DNA of 63,219 bases from Chloroflexota bacterium. Its GTDB lineage: Bacteria; Chloroflexota; Limnocylindria; Limnocylindrales; CSP1-4. The first letter of the stretch is position 1. Each line of letters opens with the position of its first letter. The notes below the pieces were generated by a model. It was not told the origin of the DNA and searched no databases. It worked only from the letters and a program-made list of their open reading frames with translations. Position numbers and translations under genes: made by a program. The stretch is taken from contig JADGQK010000005.1 in the NCBI GenBank assembly GCA_017881915.1, positions 1-63,219 on the forward strand. Direction: 5' to 3'. Below, piece after piece: positions 34,432 through 44,029 of this stretch.

Positions 34432-35496
34432 TTGATCGCCGCAAGCGAGGGCGCCGTGCGTTTGCCAGCCGACTTCCGGCAGGACGATTTCGAGCTCCTC
34501 GCACGGATCGCCCAGCGCTACTACATCGACGACCAGACGCAGGCGCAGATCGCCCGGGAATTCGCGCTCTCGCGTCCGAAGGTGCAACGTCTCCTCGAGC
34601 GGGCGCGCTGGTCGGGCATCGTCGACATCCACATCCAGGCTCCGCCCGGGCTCAACCTGGACCTCGAGCTCGAGCTGCGCAAGGCGTTCCACCTGACCGA
34701 CGCGATCGTTAGCCCGTCACGGGCGGACGCGCAGTCGCAACGGGAGGCCGTAGCACGCAGCACGGCGCACTACCTGGTCCAGCACCTGCGCGATGGCACG
34801 CTCGTCGCGGTGGGCCATGGCCGCGACACCGGGGAGGTGCCGCGCTTCTTCCATCCTGCGCACGGGCTCGACTGCACGTTCGTCAGCGCCATGGGTGGTT
34901 CGCCACGCGCCGACGCCCCCACGAACCCGAACGAGATCTGTCGGGCGCTGGCGGAACGCTGCGGCGGTCATGCCGTGAGCCTGTATGCCCCCGCCTACGT
35001 CGACAGCGCCGAGATGCGCAACCGCCTGCTCGAGCAGGAGGCGGTCGCGCACACGCTGGCGGTCGCCGCGCAGGCGAGCGTCGCCCTGGTCGGGATCGGG
35101 GGCACGGACGATGGCTGCACGATGGTCCGCAATGGCTGTCTGTCCGTTGACGAGATCGCCCGGCTGAGGAGTGAGGGCGCCGTGGGAGACGTCCTCGGGA
35201 ACTACGTGGACGTCGAAGGCAGGTTGATCGAATCGCCGCACCGGCTGATTGCCCTTTCGCTTGAGCAACTCGAGCGGATCGAGACGGTGATCGCGGTGGT
35301 CAGCGAAGTCGAGAAGCCGCCCGCCATCCTGGGGACCCTGCGGGCGGGGGTCATTGACGTGCTCATCGTGGACGCGGGCAACGCCCGAGCCGTCCTCGAC
35401 CTCGACGAGGCGTCGAGGTCAACCCAGCACCTGCCGACGGCGCCGCGCCGTGACGCGCGCCTGGCGGGCACCCAGACAGCGTCGCAGCGGAGGTAA
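34432..35496 (+). CDS. SorC/DeoR-type sugar-phosphate-binding transcriptional regulator
   Basis: The HTH is [47 protein letters not shown], followed by a SorC sugar-binding domain. The start could be the TTG at 34432 or the GTG at 34456. Confidence 0.85.
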   Translation: MIAASEGAVRLPADFRQDDFELLARIAQRYYIDDQTQAQIAREFALSRPKVQRLLERARWSGIVDIHIQAPPGLNLDLELELRKAFHLTDAIVSPSRADAQSQREAVARSTAHYLVQHLRDGTLVAVGHGRDTGEVPRFFHPAHGLDCTFVSAMGGSPRADAPTNPNEICRALAERCGGHAVSLYAPAYVDSAEMRNRLLEQEAVAHTLAVAAQASVALVGIGGTDDGCTMVRNGCLSVDEIARLRSEGAVGDVLGNYVDVEGRLIESPHRLIALSLEQLERIETVIAVVSEVEKPPAILGTLRAGVIDVLIVDAGNARAVLDLDEASRSTQHLPTAPRRDARLAGTQTASQRR

Positions 35497-35501
35497 TTCC
35501 A

Positions 35502-36356
35502 GTGCCGATCGTACCTACCAAGGAGATCCTGGATCGTGCCTTTGCCGCGCGCTACGGCGTGGCCGCGATCAACGTCTTCAATGACCTCACGATGGAGGCC
35601 GTGCTGGCCGCCGCCGAGGAGTTGCGGGCGCCCGTCATCCTCCAGACATCGGTGAAGCACGTGAAGATGACCGGAGTCGATGCCATGTACGCAATGTGGC
35701 GGGCGTACGCCGGCCACGTATCGGTCCCGACGGCCCTCCACCTCGACCACTGCCCCGAGCGCGAGGTCATCTCCGCATGTCTCGCCAGGGGTTGGAACTC
35801 CATCCTCTTCGACGCCAGCAAGCTGTCGGTCGAAGAGAACAAGCGCCAGTGTGCTGAGGTCGTCGCCGAGGCCCGCCGCTATGGCGCCAACGTCGAGGGC
35901 GAGATCGAAGGCTTCAAGCGGACCGAGGAGATGACCGGCGACGAGGCCGAGCACGTCCAGACGTTGGAGACAGTCATCGACTTCATCAAGGTCACGGGTG
36001 TCGACGTGTTCGCGCCGGCCATCGGCAACGCCCACGGGACGTACAAGGCGGCACCCAAGCTCGACTCACAGCGAGTCACCGACATCGTCGAGGCGACCGG
36101 CCTCCCGGTTGCCCTGCACGGCGGCACCGGCATGACCCCGGAGCAGTTCAGCGACCTCATCGCCCGGGGCTGCGCCAAGGTCAACATCAGCACCGCAGTC
36201 AAGATCGCCTTCATGAAATCCGGCTACGACTTCATGACCGAGCGCCCGGGTGACTACGACCCGCCCAAGCTGTTCACCGCCCAGCGCGCCGCCGTCATCG
36301 AGATGGCCAAGTACCACATCCGGCTCTTTGGCAGCGAAGGGAAGGCCTGGACATGA
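35502..36356 (+). CDS. Class II fructose/tagatose-bisphosphate aldolase family protein
   Basis: [19 protein letters not shown]…APVILQTS…ALHLDHC…EGEIE…AIGNAHG…LHGGTG matches the FbaA/KbaY/GatY pattern. It has a GTG start with a GGAGG SD. Confidence 0.85.
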   Translation: MPIVPTKEILDRAFAARYGVAAINVFNDLTMEAVLAAAEELRAPVILQTSVKHVKMTGVDAMYAMWRAYAGHVSVPTALHLDHCPEREVISACLARGWNSILFDASKLSVEENKRQCAEVVAEARRYGANVEGEIEGFKRTEEMTGDEAEHVQTLETVIDFIKVTGVDVFAPAIGNAHGTYKAAPKLDSQRVTDIVEATGLPVALHGGTGMTPEQFSDLIARGCAKVNISTAVKIAFMKSGYDFMTERPGDYDPPKLFTAQRAAVIEMAKYHIRLFGSEGKAWT

Positions 36357-37126
36357 ACGCCCTCGTCTTCGACTGCGATGGCGTCCTTGCCGACACCGAG
36401 CGGTACGGTCACCTGCCGGCCTTCAACGCGACCTTTCGAGAGGTCGGGCTCCCACTGCAGTGGTCGGAGCAGGACTATGGCCGCAAGCTCCAGATCGCTG
36501 GCGGCAAGGAGCGCATCGCCAGCGAGCTGACGCCCGAGTTCGTCCGGGCCAACGGCCTGCCGGCCGACCCGGACGCGCTGGCCGCCGAAGTTGCGAAGTG
36601 GCACAAGCGCAAGACTCAGATCTACACCGAGATGGCGGGCACAGGCATGCTCCCGCCGCGGCCCGGCATCACCCGGCTGATCCGCGCTGCCCAGGACGCC
36701 GGCTGGCTGATGGCCGTTGCCTCGACATCGGCCGAGCCTTCGGTGCGGGCCATCCTTGGCAATGCCGCGGGTCCCGAGCGTGCCGCCCGGTTCGACCTGG
36801 TCCTGGCCGGCGACTGCGTCCCGAACAAGAAGCCCGCCCCCGACATCTACCTCCTCGCCGTCGAGCAGCTCGGCGTCGACTCCGCCGAGGTCCTGGTGAT
36901 CGAGGACTCGCGCAACGGCCTCGAGGCGGCGGACGCGGCCGGCCTGCGCTGTCTGATCACGGTCAACGGTTATACGGAGCAGGAGGACTTCCGCGAAGCG
37001 ATTCTCGTCGTTTCGTCCCTCGGGGACCCGGATGGAGAGACGACGACGATCATGGCCAATCGTTCGGCCGCACGGCCGGGCGCGTTCGTCGCGCTTGCTG
37101 ACCTGGAGGCCTGCCTCGCCAGGTAG
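36353..37126 (+). CDS. HAD-IA hydrolase, CbbY-like sugar-phosphate phosphatase
   Basis: [22 protein letters not shown]…VASTS…[11 protein letters not shown] is CbbY-like. The start overlaps the aldolase stop by 4 bp. Confidence 0.8.
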   Translation: MNALVFDCDGVLADTERYGHLPAFNATFREVGLPLQWSEQDYGRKLQIAGGKERIASELTPEFVRANGLPADPDALAAEVAKWHKRKTQIYTEMAGTGMLPPRPGITRLIRAAQDAGWLMAVASTSAEPSVRAILGNAAGPERAARFDLVLAGDCVPNKKPAPDIYLLAVEQLGVDSAEVLVIEDSRNGLEAADAAGLRCLITVNGYTEQEDFREAILVVSSLGDPDGETTTIMANRSAARPGAFVALADLEACLAR

Positions 37127-37214
37127 CTCCGACCCGCGCCCCTTGCCGGCAATTGACTGAGGTCCGCATGATGAAGGCGTCCCTCGACGACCTCGCAACC
37201 GAAGGAGTTCCGCA

Positions 37215-37685
37215 TTGGCCAAACCCGTGGCGATCGGCAGCGACGAGGCCGGCTTTCAGCTCAAGATCCTGATCTCTGGCCTGCTCCGCGAGGAAGGTCT
37301 GGAAGTCACTGATTTCGGCTGCGAATCCGAGGATCCGGTCGACTACCCCGATGTCGCATTCGCGCTGGCGAAGGCGGTCTCCCGCGGTGAACACGACCGG
37401 GGCATCCTGATCTGCGGCACCGGGATTGGCATGGCGATCACAGCCAACAAGGTTCCCGGAGTGCGGGCGGCGCAGGCCCACGATCCCTATTCCGCCGAAC
37501 GCGCCCGCATGTCGAACGATGCGCAGATCCTTGCCCTGGGCGCCCGGGTGATCGGCCCGGAGCTGGCCAGGTCGATCGTCCGAGCCTGGCTTCGGGCAGA
37601 ATTCGCCGGAGGAAACTCGGCGCGCAAGGTGGACAAGATCACGGCGGGCGAGGAAGCGCTGGGGCGGGTCGGGCAGGCCGACTGA
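37215..37685 (+). CDS. rpiB: RpiB/LacA/LacB family sugar-phosphate isomerase
   Basis: VAIGSDEAGFQLK…DFG…DYPD…GILICGTGIGMAITANKVPGVRAA…ERARMSNDAQILALGARVIG is the RpiB pattern. It has a TTG start at 37215 with a GAAGGAG SD 7 nt upstream. Confidence 0.85.
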   Translation: MAKPVAIGSDEAGFQLKILISGLLREEGLEVTDFGCESEDPVDYPDVAFALAKAVSRGEHDRGILICGTGIGMAITANKVPGVRAAQAHDPYSAERARMSNDAQILALGARVIGPELARSIVRAWLRAEFAGGNSARKVDKITAGEEALGRVGQAD

Positions 37686-37713
37686 CGCCCGGCAGCAAGC
37701 GGGAGGAGCGGAC

Positions 37714-38736
37714 GTGGCCCAGGGACCCGAAAAGCGAAGCGGGGTCTTGAAGAAGCTCCTCAATGACCCGTTCGATGCAGTCGACGAGATGGTCGAAGGC
37801 TTCGTCGCCGCTCATGAGGATCTGGTCCGGCTGGTCGGTCCGCGGGTCGTCTGCCGCAAGGCAGCCGAACGGACCAAGGTGGGCATCGTCACCGGCGGTG
37901 GGTCGGGCCACGAGCCGGCCTTCCTCGGCTACGTTGGTCGCGGATTGGCGGACGCGGCCGCGATCGGCAACGTGTTCGCCGCCCCCTCCCCCGATGTCTG
38001 CCTCGAGGCGATCCGGGCTGCGTCAGGCGGCCTGGGCGTGCTCCTTCTCTATGGCAATTACAGCGGCGACATCCTCAACTTCGGGATCGCCGCCGAGCGC
38101 GCGGCAGCCGAGGGGATCGCGACCCGGACCGTCGTGGTCACCGACGACGTCGCGTCCGCTGGCCGTGTCGAGGTCAACAAGCGGCGGGGCATCGCGGGCG
38201 ACGTCTTCGTGATCAAGTGTGCCGGCGCCATGGCTGAGCGAGGCGCCTCCCTCGACGACGTCGAGCGCGTCGCGCGCGACGCCAATCGAGCGACTCACAG
38301 CATGGGCGTCGCACTGTCCGCCTGCGAGGTGCCGGGCTCGGAGCGCCTGTCGTTCGAGCTGGCAGATGACGAGATGGAGATCGGGCTGGGCATTCACGGT
38401 GAACCCGGCGTTCGGCGCGGCCCGCTGATGACCGCGGACGAGATCGCGGCGATCCTGGTCGAGGCACTCCTGGCCGATCTCGATCAGCCCACGGGCAACG
38501 ACCTGGCGCTCCTGGTGAACGGCCTGGGAGCCACCGCGCGTCTCGACCTGTACGTCCTCTACCGGGCGGCTCGGCAGGGACTCGAACGCGCCGGCAATCG
38601 GGTCAGCCGGAGCCTTGTTGGCGAGTACGTCACCTCGCTCGAGATGGCCGGTGCGTCGGTCACGGTCACGACCCTCAACGCCGAGCTCGCCGAACTCCTC
38701 GACGCGCCGGCTCGCGCCGTCGGATTCGTGCGGTGA
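37714..38736 (+). CDS. dhaK: Dihydroxyacetone kinase family, DhaK (substrate-binding) subunit
   Basis: KKLLNDPFDAVDEMVEGF…VGIVTGGGSGHEPAFLGYVG…AAPSP is the Dak1 domain signature. Confidence 0.85.
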   Translation: MAQGPEKRSGVLKKLLNDPFDAVDEMVEGFVAAHEDLVRLVGPRVVCRKAAERTKVGIVTGGGSGHEPAFLGYVGRGLADAAAIGNVFAAPSPDVCLEAIRAASGGLGVLLLYGNYSGDILNFGIAAERAAAEGIATRTVVVTDDVASAGRVEVNKRRGIAGDVFVIKCAGAMAERGASLDDVERVARDANRATHSMGVALSACEVPGSERLSFELADDEMEIGLGIHGEPGVRRGPLMTADEIAAILVEALLADLDQPTGNDLALLVNGLGATARLDLYVLYRAARQGLERAGNRVSRSLVGEYVTSLEMAGASVTVTTLNAELAELLDAPARAVGFVR

Positions 38737-39353
38737 GCGATTCACTCCGGACCGCGATCCTGGCCGCAGCGTCGGCTGTCGACGGCGCCCGCGCTGAGCT
38801 TGGTGTCCTTGACGGCGCGGCCGGCGATGGCGACCACGGGATGACGATGAGCATCGGGGCGCGGAACGTTCGGCGGCGACTCCAGGCATCGGATCGCACG
38901 GCGCCCGCGGACGTGGTCCGCGAAGTCGCCCTTGGCATGAGCGACGTCGGTGGCGCCATCGGACCGCTCTATGCCACCGCCCTGGATGCGATCGCGGCCG
39001 TACTCGAGGCCGCCGGTCTCGGCGCGACCGCGGATGTGCCCCTCCTGCGCCGCTGCGCCGAGGTCGCCGAGCAGGCCGCCTCGAACCTTGGGCACGCCCA
39101 GCCCGGTGACAAGACCGTGATCGATGCCCTGCACCCCCTCGTCGTCGCGCTGCGTGATGCCGAGGCGCGGTCGGTGGACCTCAACACGGCGATCGGCCTC
39201 GCGGTTCAGGCCGCAGCTACGGGCGTGGAAGCCACGACCGACATGGTTGCGCGCATTGGTCGTGCCAGCCGGCTCGGCGAACGCAGTCGGGGCATGCCGG
39301 ACGCGGGCGCCACGTCGTTCGCCATCGTGGTTCGCGCCCTGGCGGCTGGCTAG
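38733..39353 (+). CDS. dhaL: Dihydroxyacetone kinase family, DhaL (nucleotide-binding, Dak2) subunit
   Basis: LDGAAGDGDHGMTMSIG…GGAIGPLY…GDKTVIDAL…GRASRLGERS is the Dak2 pattern. The start overlaps the dhaK stop by 4 bp. Confidence 0.85.
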   Translation: MSDSLRTAILAAASAVDGARAELGVLDGAAGDGDHGMTMSIGARNVRRRLQASDRTAPADVVREVALGMSDVGGAIGPLYATALDAIAAVLEAAGLGATADVPLLRRCAEVAEQAASNLGHAQPGDKTVIDALHPLVVALRDAEARSVDLNTAIGLAVQAAATGVEATTDMVARIGRASRLGERSRGMPDAGATSFAIVVRALAAG

Positions 39354-39384
39354 GCCCGACACGTAGCCAGCCCCATCGACGGCA

Positions 39385-40251
39385 TCAGACCCGGGGTGCT
39401 GCCTCGTCGGCGGATCGCGCCGCGGCCAGCTCATCCTGCCATCGGTAGTCCGGCTCGTAGCCCAGCAGGCGGCGGGCCCGCTCGATCGACAGGAGCGTCT
39501 CACGGCCCTCGACCGGGTGGCGCAGGGGAACCGAGGGGAAGACCTCGGCCATGAGCCCGGCACTGGCCCGCACCATCACCGTGTCGGCCGCCGCGACGAT
39601 GCATACCTCCGCACCGGTCACGTCCGCTTCCAGTCCCCGCCGGACGGCCTGGGCGACGTCGCGCACGTCGACGTAGCCCCACAGGTTCCACTTCCGGATC
39701 GACGGGTCGTCCTGCCACGTGGGGAACCGAGCGTAATCGTCCGGCTCCATGATGTTCGAGATCCGCAGGCCGACGAAGGGGATCCCCGTCCGGCGGCTGA
39801 ACTGGACGGCCATCGCCTCGCCCACCACCTTCGACAACGAATACGAGCTCTCGGGGCGGACTTCGATCGATTCGTCGATCGGGGCGAACAGGGGCGGGTT
39901 GTCGAAGGGCAGGCCGAGGACGGTCTCGCTCGATGCCCAGACCACGCGCTGGACCCGATGCGCCTCCGCCGCCGAGAAGACGTTGTAGGTGGACAGGGCG
40001 TTGATCCGGAACGTCTCCGCGGGGGAGCGCAGCTCGGGGGCCGGGATCGCCGCGAGGTGGACGATCGCGTCCGCTCCGGAGGTCAGCTCGAACGCCTGAC
40101 CCGGGTCGGTGAGGTCGGCGACGGCGCACAGCCCGAAGTCGCTGCCGTCGTGCCGGACGTCGACGTTGAGGACATCGTGGCCGCGTTCTCGCAGGTGTCG
40201 GACGGCCCACCGCCCCGCCTTCCCGCTGCCTCCCGTGACCACGATCCGCAT
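39385..40251 (-). CDS. NAD-dependent epimerase/dehydratase family protein
   Basis: MRIVVTGGSGKAGRWAV is the Rossmann GxxGxxG motif, and …SYSLSK… is the extended-SDR YxxxK motif. Confidence 0.85.
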   Translation of the reverse strand: MRIVVTGGSGKAGRWAVRHLRERGHDVLNVDVRHDGSDFGLCAVADLTDPGQAFELTSGADAIVHLAAIPAPELRSPAETFRINALSTYNVFSAAEAHRVQRVVWASSETVLGLPFDNPPLFAPIDESIEVRPESSYSLSKVVGEAMAVQFSRRTGIPFVGLRISNIMEPDDYARFPTWQDDPSIRKWNLWGYVDVRDVAQAVRRGLEADVTGAEVCIVAAADTVMVRASAGLMAEVFPSVPLRHPVEGRETLLSIERARRLLGYEPDYRWQDELAAARSADEAAPRV

Positions 40252-40716
40252 CTCGTCAGCCTAGCGCGTCCTCGGCGCGAGGGCGGCGTTCACCGACCAG
40301 TCGGTGGCGAACGGCCCCATCGAGCGTCCGCTTCGCTGCCAAACGGCACTTGTTCCATTGGCCCGTGGGGACGATGCTGATGGCGAAGCGCAGGGGGCTT
40401 CGAAGCGCGGACCATCCAACGGCCGCCCCGGCCGCGCCGAGCCACTGGCGGGACCGACCCGCGCCGAGCGGAGGCTGCGGCCATGTCGCCGGTGCTGGTC
40501 CTCGCGGCAGTCGTCATCGCCGCCCTGGTGATCCGGGCGCTCCTCGAAGCACTGCTCTCGGGGCGGGGACCGCTCGGCCGATAGGCTTGGCGGTTCGGTA
40601 CTCCCGAGGATTGCGGTCCTGTCCGGCTGCGACGGCTGATCAGGCCGAACGCACGCGAAGGCGAGGCCGGGATGACGCCCGGTGCAACCGTCGGCTGAGC
40701 GCCTATCCTTGGCAGG

Positions 40717-42471
40717 ATGCGACCGATCCCACACCCGTTCGACCAAATGATCGCGGGCGAGGCGATCTCCGTCGAGGAGACCGGCTCGGACCTCCTGGGC
40801 CGGCGCCTGTTCACCAAGGATCTTGCGTTCAGTGCGACGGAGCGGGTCGAGCTTGGCCTGCGCGGACTCCTTCCAGATCGCGTCCTGACGATCGAGGAGC
40901 AGGTCGGTCTCGAGGTCGAGCACATCCGGCGCAAGACAGACGATCTGGAGCGCTACATCGGGCTGGCGGCCCTCCAGGACCGCAACGCCACGCTGTTCTA
41001 TCGGGTGCTGGCCGAGAACCTCGAGGAGTTCCTGCCGATCGTCTACACGCCCACCGTGGGTCGCGCCTGTCAGCAATTCAGCCACATCCTGCGGCGCACC
41101 CGGGGCGTGTGGATCACCCCCAGTGACCAGGACCGGGTCGCGACGGTTCTGCAGGCGGCGCCGTTCCACGACGTCCGGCTCATCGTCGTGACCGACAACG
41201 AACGAATCCTGGGGCTGGGCGACCAGGGAGCCGGCGGGATGGCCATCCCGATCGGGAAGCTCGCCCTGTACACGGCCGTGTCAGGGATCCATCCGGCCGT
41301 CACCCTGCCGGTCTCGCTGGACGTGGGCACCGACAACCGTGCCCTGCGCGACGATCCGCTCTACGTCGGGCACGCTGAACCTCGCCTGCGCGGGCCCGCC
41401 TACGACGCGCTCGTCGAGGCGTTCGTCGAGGGCGTCGAGGCCTCCTGGCCGGGCTGCCTCATCCAGTGGGAGGACTTCAAGGGGCCAAACGCCCTGCGGA
41501 TCCTGGACCGCTATCGAGATCGCGTCCTGTCGTTCAACGATGACGTCCAGGGGACAGCGGTCGTCGTCCTGTCGGCGATCCTGGCAGGCCTGGGCCACCT
41601 CGGCCGCCGCTGGGCAGACGAGCGGATCGTGATCGCCGGTGCCGGAGCGGCAGGTATCGGGATCGCCCGTCTGCTCCGACTCGCGATGGCCCGGGCGGGC
41701 CTTTCGGCGGGAGCCATCGCGCGCTCGCTCGTCCTCGTTGACTCGCACGGCCTGGTCCACGACGGTCGGGTCGACCTCGAGGAGCCAAAGCGAGCCGTGT
41801 CGCTGCCGACGGCCGTCGCCGACGACCTGGGGCTGATCCAGGATGGCCGCGTGGTGGTGTCCCTCGAGGAGGTGGCGGCCGCCATCCGGCCGACGATCCT
41901 GGTGGGCACCACGGCCGTCGCCGGGGCGTTCACGGAGGCCGTGATCCGGTCTCTTGCCAGCGAACTGCGACCGATCGTCCTGCCGCTCTCCAATCCGACC
42001 GCGCTGTCGGAGGCCACCCCGGCCAATGTCCTCGGCTGGACGGACGGCCGCGCCCTCGTCGCGACGGGCTCGCCGTTCCCACCGGTTTTGCTGCCGGAGG
42101 GCAGGCGCGAGGTCGCCCAGGCGAACAACGTATTCGTCTTCCCCGGGCTCGGCCTCGGAGCGATCGTGGCGGAGGCCCGTGCGGTCACCGACGGGATGCT
42201 GCTGGCTGCCGCCCGCGCCGTCGCTGCGGCGGTCTCGGATGATCGGGTTGCAGCCGGGGCGCTCCTGCCGCCCATCGCCAACCTCCGGGCGATCGCCCGG
42301 GATGTCGCCATCGCCGTGGCCGAGGAGGCGCGCCAGGCAGGCGTGGCCGGACTCCGGGCGGAAGCGGACATCGTGGCGGAGGTCGACGCCGCCATCTGGT
42401 GGCCGGCGTACGTGCCGTACAGCCATGCTCGCGAGCCCCACCTCGAACGTCGCCGCAGGGTCGCCGGCTGA
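40717..42471 (+). CDS. NAD(P)-dependent malic enzyme
   Basis: …LLPDRV.TIEEQV…L..LQDRNATLFYRVL…EFLPIVYTPTVG.ACQ.FS…FNDD.QGTA.V.L…GAGAAGIG… are classic malic enzyme blocks. Confidence 0.9.
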   Translation: MRPIPHPFDQMIAGEAISVEETGSDLLGRRLFTKDLAFSATERVELGLRGLLPDRVLTIEEQVGLEVEHIRRKTDDLERYIGLAALQDRNATLFYRVLAENLEEFLPIVYTPTVGRACQQFSHILRRTRGVWITPSDQDRVATVLQAAPFHDVRLIVVTDNERILGLGDQGAGGMAIPIGKLALYTAVSGIHPAVTLPVSLDVGTDNRALRDDPLYVGHAEPRLRGPAYDALVEAFVEGVEASWPGCLIQWEDFKGPNALRILDRYRDRVLSFNDDVQGTAVVVLSAILAGLGHLGRRWADERIVIAGAGAAGIGIARLLRLAMARAGLSAGAIARSLVLVDSHGLVHDGRVDLEEPKRAVSLPTAVADDLGLIQDGRVVVSLEEVAAAIRPTILVGTTAVAGAFTEAVIRSLASELRPIVLPLSNPTALSEATPANVLGWTDGRALVATGSPFPPVLLPEGRREVAQANNVFVFPGLGLGAIVAEARAVTDGMLLAAARAVAAAVSDDRVAAGALLPPIANLRAIARDVAIAVAEEARQAGVAGLRAEADIVAEVDAAIWWPAYVPYSHAREPHLERRRRVAG

Positions 42472-42483
42472 CATAATCCGCGC

Positions 42484-44010
42484 GTGCGACCATCCCTGAC
42501 CGTCCTCGACCTGGCGCTCATCGAGCGGATCCTCGATGAGGCGCTGCGGGTCCTGGCCGAGATCGGCATGGAGATCCGCGGGCCGGCCATGCGCCAGCTC
42601 CTGATCGAGCGCGGCCTGCCCCAGGACGCGAACGGCCGGATCCTCTTCCCCCGCGACGTCGTGGAGAAGGCCATCGAGTCGGCTCCCAAGTCGTTCTGGC
42701 TGTACGACCGGGAGGGCGCGGCGCACGCCGACCTTGGCGGCGACCGGGTCCATTTCGTGCCCGGCTCGAGCGGCCTGAAGGTCCTCGACCATCGGACCGG
42801 CGCGGCCCGCCTGGCGAATTCGATCGACTTCGTGGAGTACGTCCGCCTGTGCGACGGGCTGTCGAACATCGCCTACCTCGCCACCGCCTTCTCGACGAAT
42901 GCGGACATCGAGGCCCAGGTCTCCGACGCCTGGCGCCTCTACCTGTGCCTGACGAACTCGCGCAAGCCCGTTGTCTCCGGTGCGTTCACCGAGCACGGCG
43001 TGCCCCGGATGGTGGAGATGATGCAGTGCTTCCGGCGCGACCGGGCCGACCTCATCGCTCGCCCGATGAGCATCTTCACCGTCACCGCGACGGGCAACTT
43101 CCGCTACGGCGAGGACTCCTGCCAGAACATCATCGACTGCGCCGAGGCGGGCATTGCGATCGAGATCGTGCCGGTGACGCTGATGGGCCTGATCGCCCCG
43201 GTCACGATCGTCGGCGCGACCGTCTTCCATACCGTCGATGTCCTGGCCGGGATCACGATGGCCCAGATCGTCCGGCCAGGCACGCCGGTCCTCTTCGGTG
43301 GCGCGCCGGCAACGTTCCACATGAAGATGGCCAGCTCGCCGATGGCGGCGATCGAGGCGCTCAAGCTCGATGCGGCCTACGTCGGCGTAGCGAAGTCGCT
43401 GGGCCTGCCCTGTCAGGCGTACATGGCCCTGTCCGACAGCAAGGTCCTCGATGCGCAGGCCGGCGCGGAGACGTTCGGGAGCGCCCTGCTCGCCGCCCTG
43501 GCCGGCGTCAACTCGGTGTCCGGGCCCGGGATGCTCGACTTCGTCCTCGTGTTCAGCCTGGCCAAGCTCGTCTTCGACGACGAGATGTGCGGTCAGGCGC
43601 TCCATTTCGTACGCGACGCAGCCCCGCTCGACGACCTGCCCACGACCGAGCTCATCCGCCAGCTCATGGCCGACCAGCACCTGATCATGGCCGATCACAC
43701 CCTGGCCCATTGGCCGGCTGAGCTGTACCTCACGGGCCCCGTGGTGGACCGCGACAATCGCGAGAACTGGATGAAGCAAGGGGCGCTGGACGCGCATCAG
43801 CGGGCGAACGCGGAGGTTGACCTGCGCCTGGCGGCCTACCGCCCGATCGAGACGGATCCGGCGATCGACCGGGAGCTCCGCCGGATCATCCGATCGGGAC
43901 TCGGTGAGCAGGAGACGCTGCCCTACATCCCACCCGCGCCCGAGCCGGTCGCGATCCTGTCGGCCGCCGACCGGCGCCGCCCCAACCGCCGGCGGGGAGC
44001 CCTGACATGA
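42484..44010 (+). CDS. MttB-superfamily (trimethylamine methyltransferase-like) protein, non-pyrrolysine type
   Basis: The 508-aa product begins …[24 protein letters not shown]… and ends with …[19 protein letters not shown]…, as in MttB/MtgB-like proteins. The frame is uninterrupted, with no in-frame TAG. Confidence 0.85.
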   Translation: MRPSLTVLDLALIERILDEALRVLAEIGMEIRGPAMRQLLIERGLPQDANGRILFPRDVVEKAIESAPKSFWLYDREGAAHADLGGDRVHFVPGSSGLKVLDHRTGAARLANSIDFVEYVRLCDGLSNIAYLATAFSTNADIEAQVSDAWRLYLCLTNSRKPVVSGAFTEHGVPRMVEMMQCFRRDRADLIARPMSIFTVTATGNFRYGEDSCQNIIDCAEAGIAIEIVPVTLMGLIAPVTIVGATVFHTVDVLAGITMAQIVRPGTPVLFGGAPATFHMKMASSPMAAIEALKLDAAYVGVAKSLGLPCQAYMALSDSKVLDAQAGAETFGSALLAALAGVNSVSGPGMLDFVLVFSLAKLVFDDEMCGQALHFVRDAAPLDDLPTTELIRQLMADQHLIMADHTLAHWPAELYLTGPVVDRDNRENWMKQGALDAHQRANAEVDLRLAAYRPIETDPAIDRELRRIIRSGLGEQETLPYIPPAPEPVAILSAADRRRPNRRRGALT

Positions 44011-44029
44011 CCGCCGACCGGCGCGTCGG

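Noticed and set aside
42484-44010. A possible pyrrolysine (in-frame TAG) MttB gene.
   Set aside because: The reading frame is continuous for 508 codons with no internal amber codon. No pyl genes or corrinoid protein are seen. It is therefore a non-Pyl MttB-superfamily member.
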